A stretch of DNA of 10,318 bases, taken from NCBI RefSeq assembly GCF_006345805.1, contig NW_021827641.1, positions 1 through 10,318 of the forward strand, read 5' to 3'. The translations under genes were made by a program, and so were the position numbers. The notes under the pieces are model-generated. The model saw nothing but the letters and a program-made list of their open reading frames with translations. It was not told the DNA's origin and made no database searches. Source of the DNA: Octopus sinensis. Its lineage: Eukaryota. Shown in pieces: positions 8,610 to 10,318 of this stretch. Position 1 is the stretch's first letter. Every line of letters begins with the position of its first letter.

Positions 8610-9021
8610 AGGCGCAGGAGTGGCTGTGTGGTAAGTAGCTTGCTTACCAACTACATGGTTCCGGATTCAGTCCCACTGCGTGGCACCTTGGGCAAGTGTC
8701 TTCAACTATAGCTTCGGGCCGACGAAAGACTTGTGGGTGGATTTGGTAGACAGAAACTGAAAGAAGTCTGTCGTATATATGTATATGTATATATATATAT
8801 ATTTGTGTATGTGTGTGTATATGTTTGTGTGTCTTCCAACATCGCCTGACAACCGATGCTGGTGTGTTTATGTCCCCGTCACTTAGCGGTTCGGCAAAAG
8901 AGATCGATAGAATAAGTACTAGGTTTACAAAGAATAAGTCCTGGGGTCGATTTGATCGACTAAAGGCGGTGCTCCAGCATGGCCGCAGTCAAATGACTGA
9001 AACAAATAAAAGAGTAAAAGA
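8610..9021 (+). mobile_element. SINE family A, copy A4 (full-length head)
   Basis: Head AGGCGCAGGAGTGGCTGTGTGG; GGTAAG/CTTACC hairpin; GCGCAG...CTGCGT acceptor-like stem; tail AAATAAAAGAGTAAAAGA; preceded by (TA)n. Confidence 0.93.
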
Positions 9022-9163
9022 TGTATAAATGTAACTCCGAATGACTCGTCCTTGTTTTCTTTGTATCGTCTGTCGAGATGTTTAGCGTTCTTGTCCCATT
9101 TTTGTATTATATATTATGTGTGTGTGTGTGTGTGTGTGTACACACACGGTGTAGAAAGAGTAT

Positions 9164-9549
9164 GTGGAGGCGCAATGGCCCAGTGGTTAGGGTAGCGGAC
9201 TCGCGGTCATAGGATCGCGGTTTCGATTCCCAGACCGGGCGTTGTGAGTGTTTATTGAGCGAGAACACCTAAAAGTTCCACGCGGCTCCGGCAGGGGATG
9301 GTGGTGATCCCTGCTGTACTCTTTCACCACAACTTTCTCTTACTCTTACTTCCTGTTTCTGTTGTACCTGTATTTCAAAGGGCCGGCCTTGTCACTCTCT
9401 GTGTCACGCTGAATATCCCCGAGAACTACGTTAAGGGTACACGTGTCTGTGGAGTGCTCAGCCACTTACCACGTTAATTTCACGAGCAGGCTGTTCCGTT
9501 GATTCGAATCAACCGGAACCCTCGTCGTCGTAACCGACGGAGTGTTTCC
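9164..9549 (+). mobile_element. tRNA-derived SINE family B, full length (386 bp), with an 11-bp TSD
   Basis: A box TGGCCCAGTGG and B-box-like GGTTTCGATTCCC; direct repeat AGAAAGAGTAT at 9153-9163 and 9550-9560; homologous to 1756-1959. Confidence 0.93.
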
Positions 9550-9844
9550 AGAAAGAGTATCCAACCATAATATAATATATAATTTTCTAAGAAAATACTT
9601 CTCATTTCTCTACGAAAATGAAAGGCAACAATTGAAAAATTTTTTTTTTACATAACTATTAACCCTACTACGACAACTCAGTCATCTTTTATCGATTTTT
9701 CCTTTCCGATCACACTCCCGAGTAACATCTAGATTTTACTGTGTTTTGGAAAATTTTAATTTTTATATTGATTCATTGGTATTCTTAGGCATTTTACTTC
9801 TCGTTTTCGTGATTTATTTATTTGATTTTCATCGCAAATTTGCT

Positions 9845-9914
9845 GTTGTTGTTGTTGATGTTGTTGCTAAAACAACTTAGCCTTGATGGAACAGACTTAT
9901 GATCAAAGGCGTTC
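9845..9914 (-). repeat. Distal copy of the (GTT)n-linked ~65-bp module
   Basis: (GTT)n followed by CAGACTTATGATCAAAGGCGTTC, a 21/23 match to 4861-4883. Confidence 0.7.
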
Positions 9915-9964
9915 ATGCTACACACACTTGCACATAAATAACACACAGCATGCATATACTCGAC

Positions 9965-9991
9965 ACGCATATATATATATATAATATATAT

Positions 9992-10047
<56 letters not shown>

Positions 10048-10053
10048 TATACA
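9965..10053 (+). repeat. Interrupted (TA)n microsatellite
   Basis: TA run with AA/TT/TG interruptions. Confidence 0.93.
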
Positions 10054-10257
10054 TACAGGTGAAAAATTCGTAGAAGTGTAGAATATGCAGGCGTTGATTT
10101 ATATCGAAAGAGAGTCTACCGGTATTTAAAAAAAAAGGAGAGAGACATTAGATAATGTAATCCTTGATATCACTAAAATAATGTGATGGTCACAGTTGAA
10201 CTGTCTTTGATCTTGAACTTTTTCAAGCAGAGAGTATTTGAGGTTAAAACAATACAA

Positions 10258-10313
10258 ATGTATGTTGTATGTATGTATGTATGTATGTATGTATGTATGT
10301 ATGTATGTATGTA
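10258..10313 (+). repeat. (ATGT)n tetranucleotide microsatellite
   Basis: About 12 ATGT units; reverse complement of the (ATAC)n tract at 7679-8084. Confidence 0.95.
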
Positions 10314-10318
10314 GTATG

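Noticed and set aside
8593-9027. TGTATA as a TSD of SINE A4
   Set aside because: It is only 6 bp in TA-rich context and separated from the head by a TA run; it cannot be distinguished from chance.
9028-9112. Possible additional repeat fragment between SINE A4 and the (TG)n tract
   Set aside because: It looks familiar as a dispersed repeat, but there is no second copy or diagnostic motif in the window to support a call.
9117-9147. (TG)n-TA-(CA)n hairpin
   Set aside because: It is a common microsatellite juxtaposition with only a short paired arm.
9164-9240. tRNA gene
   Set aside because: It has A/B boxes but no well-paired acceptor stem or Pol III T-run terminator, and it continues into a SINE body bounded by a TSD. 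The same applies to the family A heads.

Overview
This is AT-rich, repeat-saturated eukaryotic non-coding DNA (intron or intergenic). The repeat families resemble, from memory, those of octopod cephalopods (Octopus); this is not database-verified. I cannot support any host protein-coding gene. The ORFs in the track are explained by microsatellites or SINE sequence, or are short and have no recognisable similarity. The window contains: (1) four plus-strand copies and one inverted tail fragment of a ~400-bp tRNA-headed SINE ('family A'); (2) one full-length copy with an 11-bp target-site duplication (TSD) and one inverted, 3'-truncated copy of a second tRNA-headed SINE ('family B'); (3) decayed CORE-SINE-like relics; (4) two probable mariner relics, a 5' end and a transposase C-terminus; (5) a ~190-bp (TA)n-embedded fragment carrying a minimal hammerhead-ribozyme-like motif, typical of Penelope-like elements; (6) a dispersed ~65-bp (GTT)n-linked module; (7) many di-, tri- and tetranucleotide repeats. 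I found no firm evidence of a new biological system. The best leads are the variant-core hammerhead, the 3'-truncated SINE inserted with a TSD into another SINE's tail, the fold-back SINE, and the inverted repeat pairs that could form ADAR substrates.
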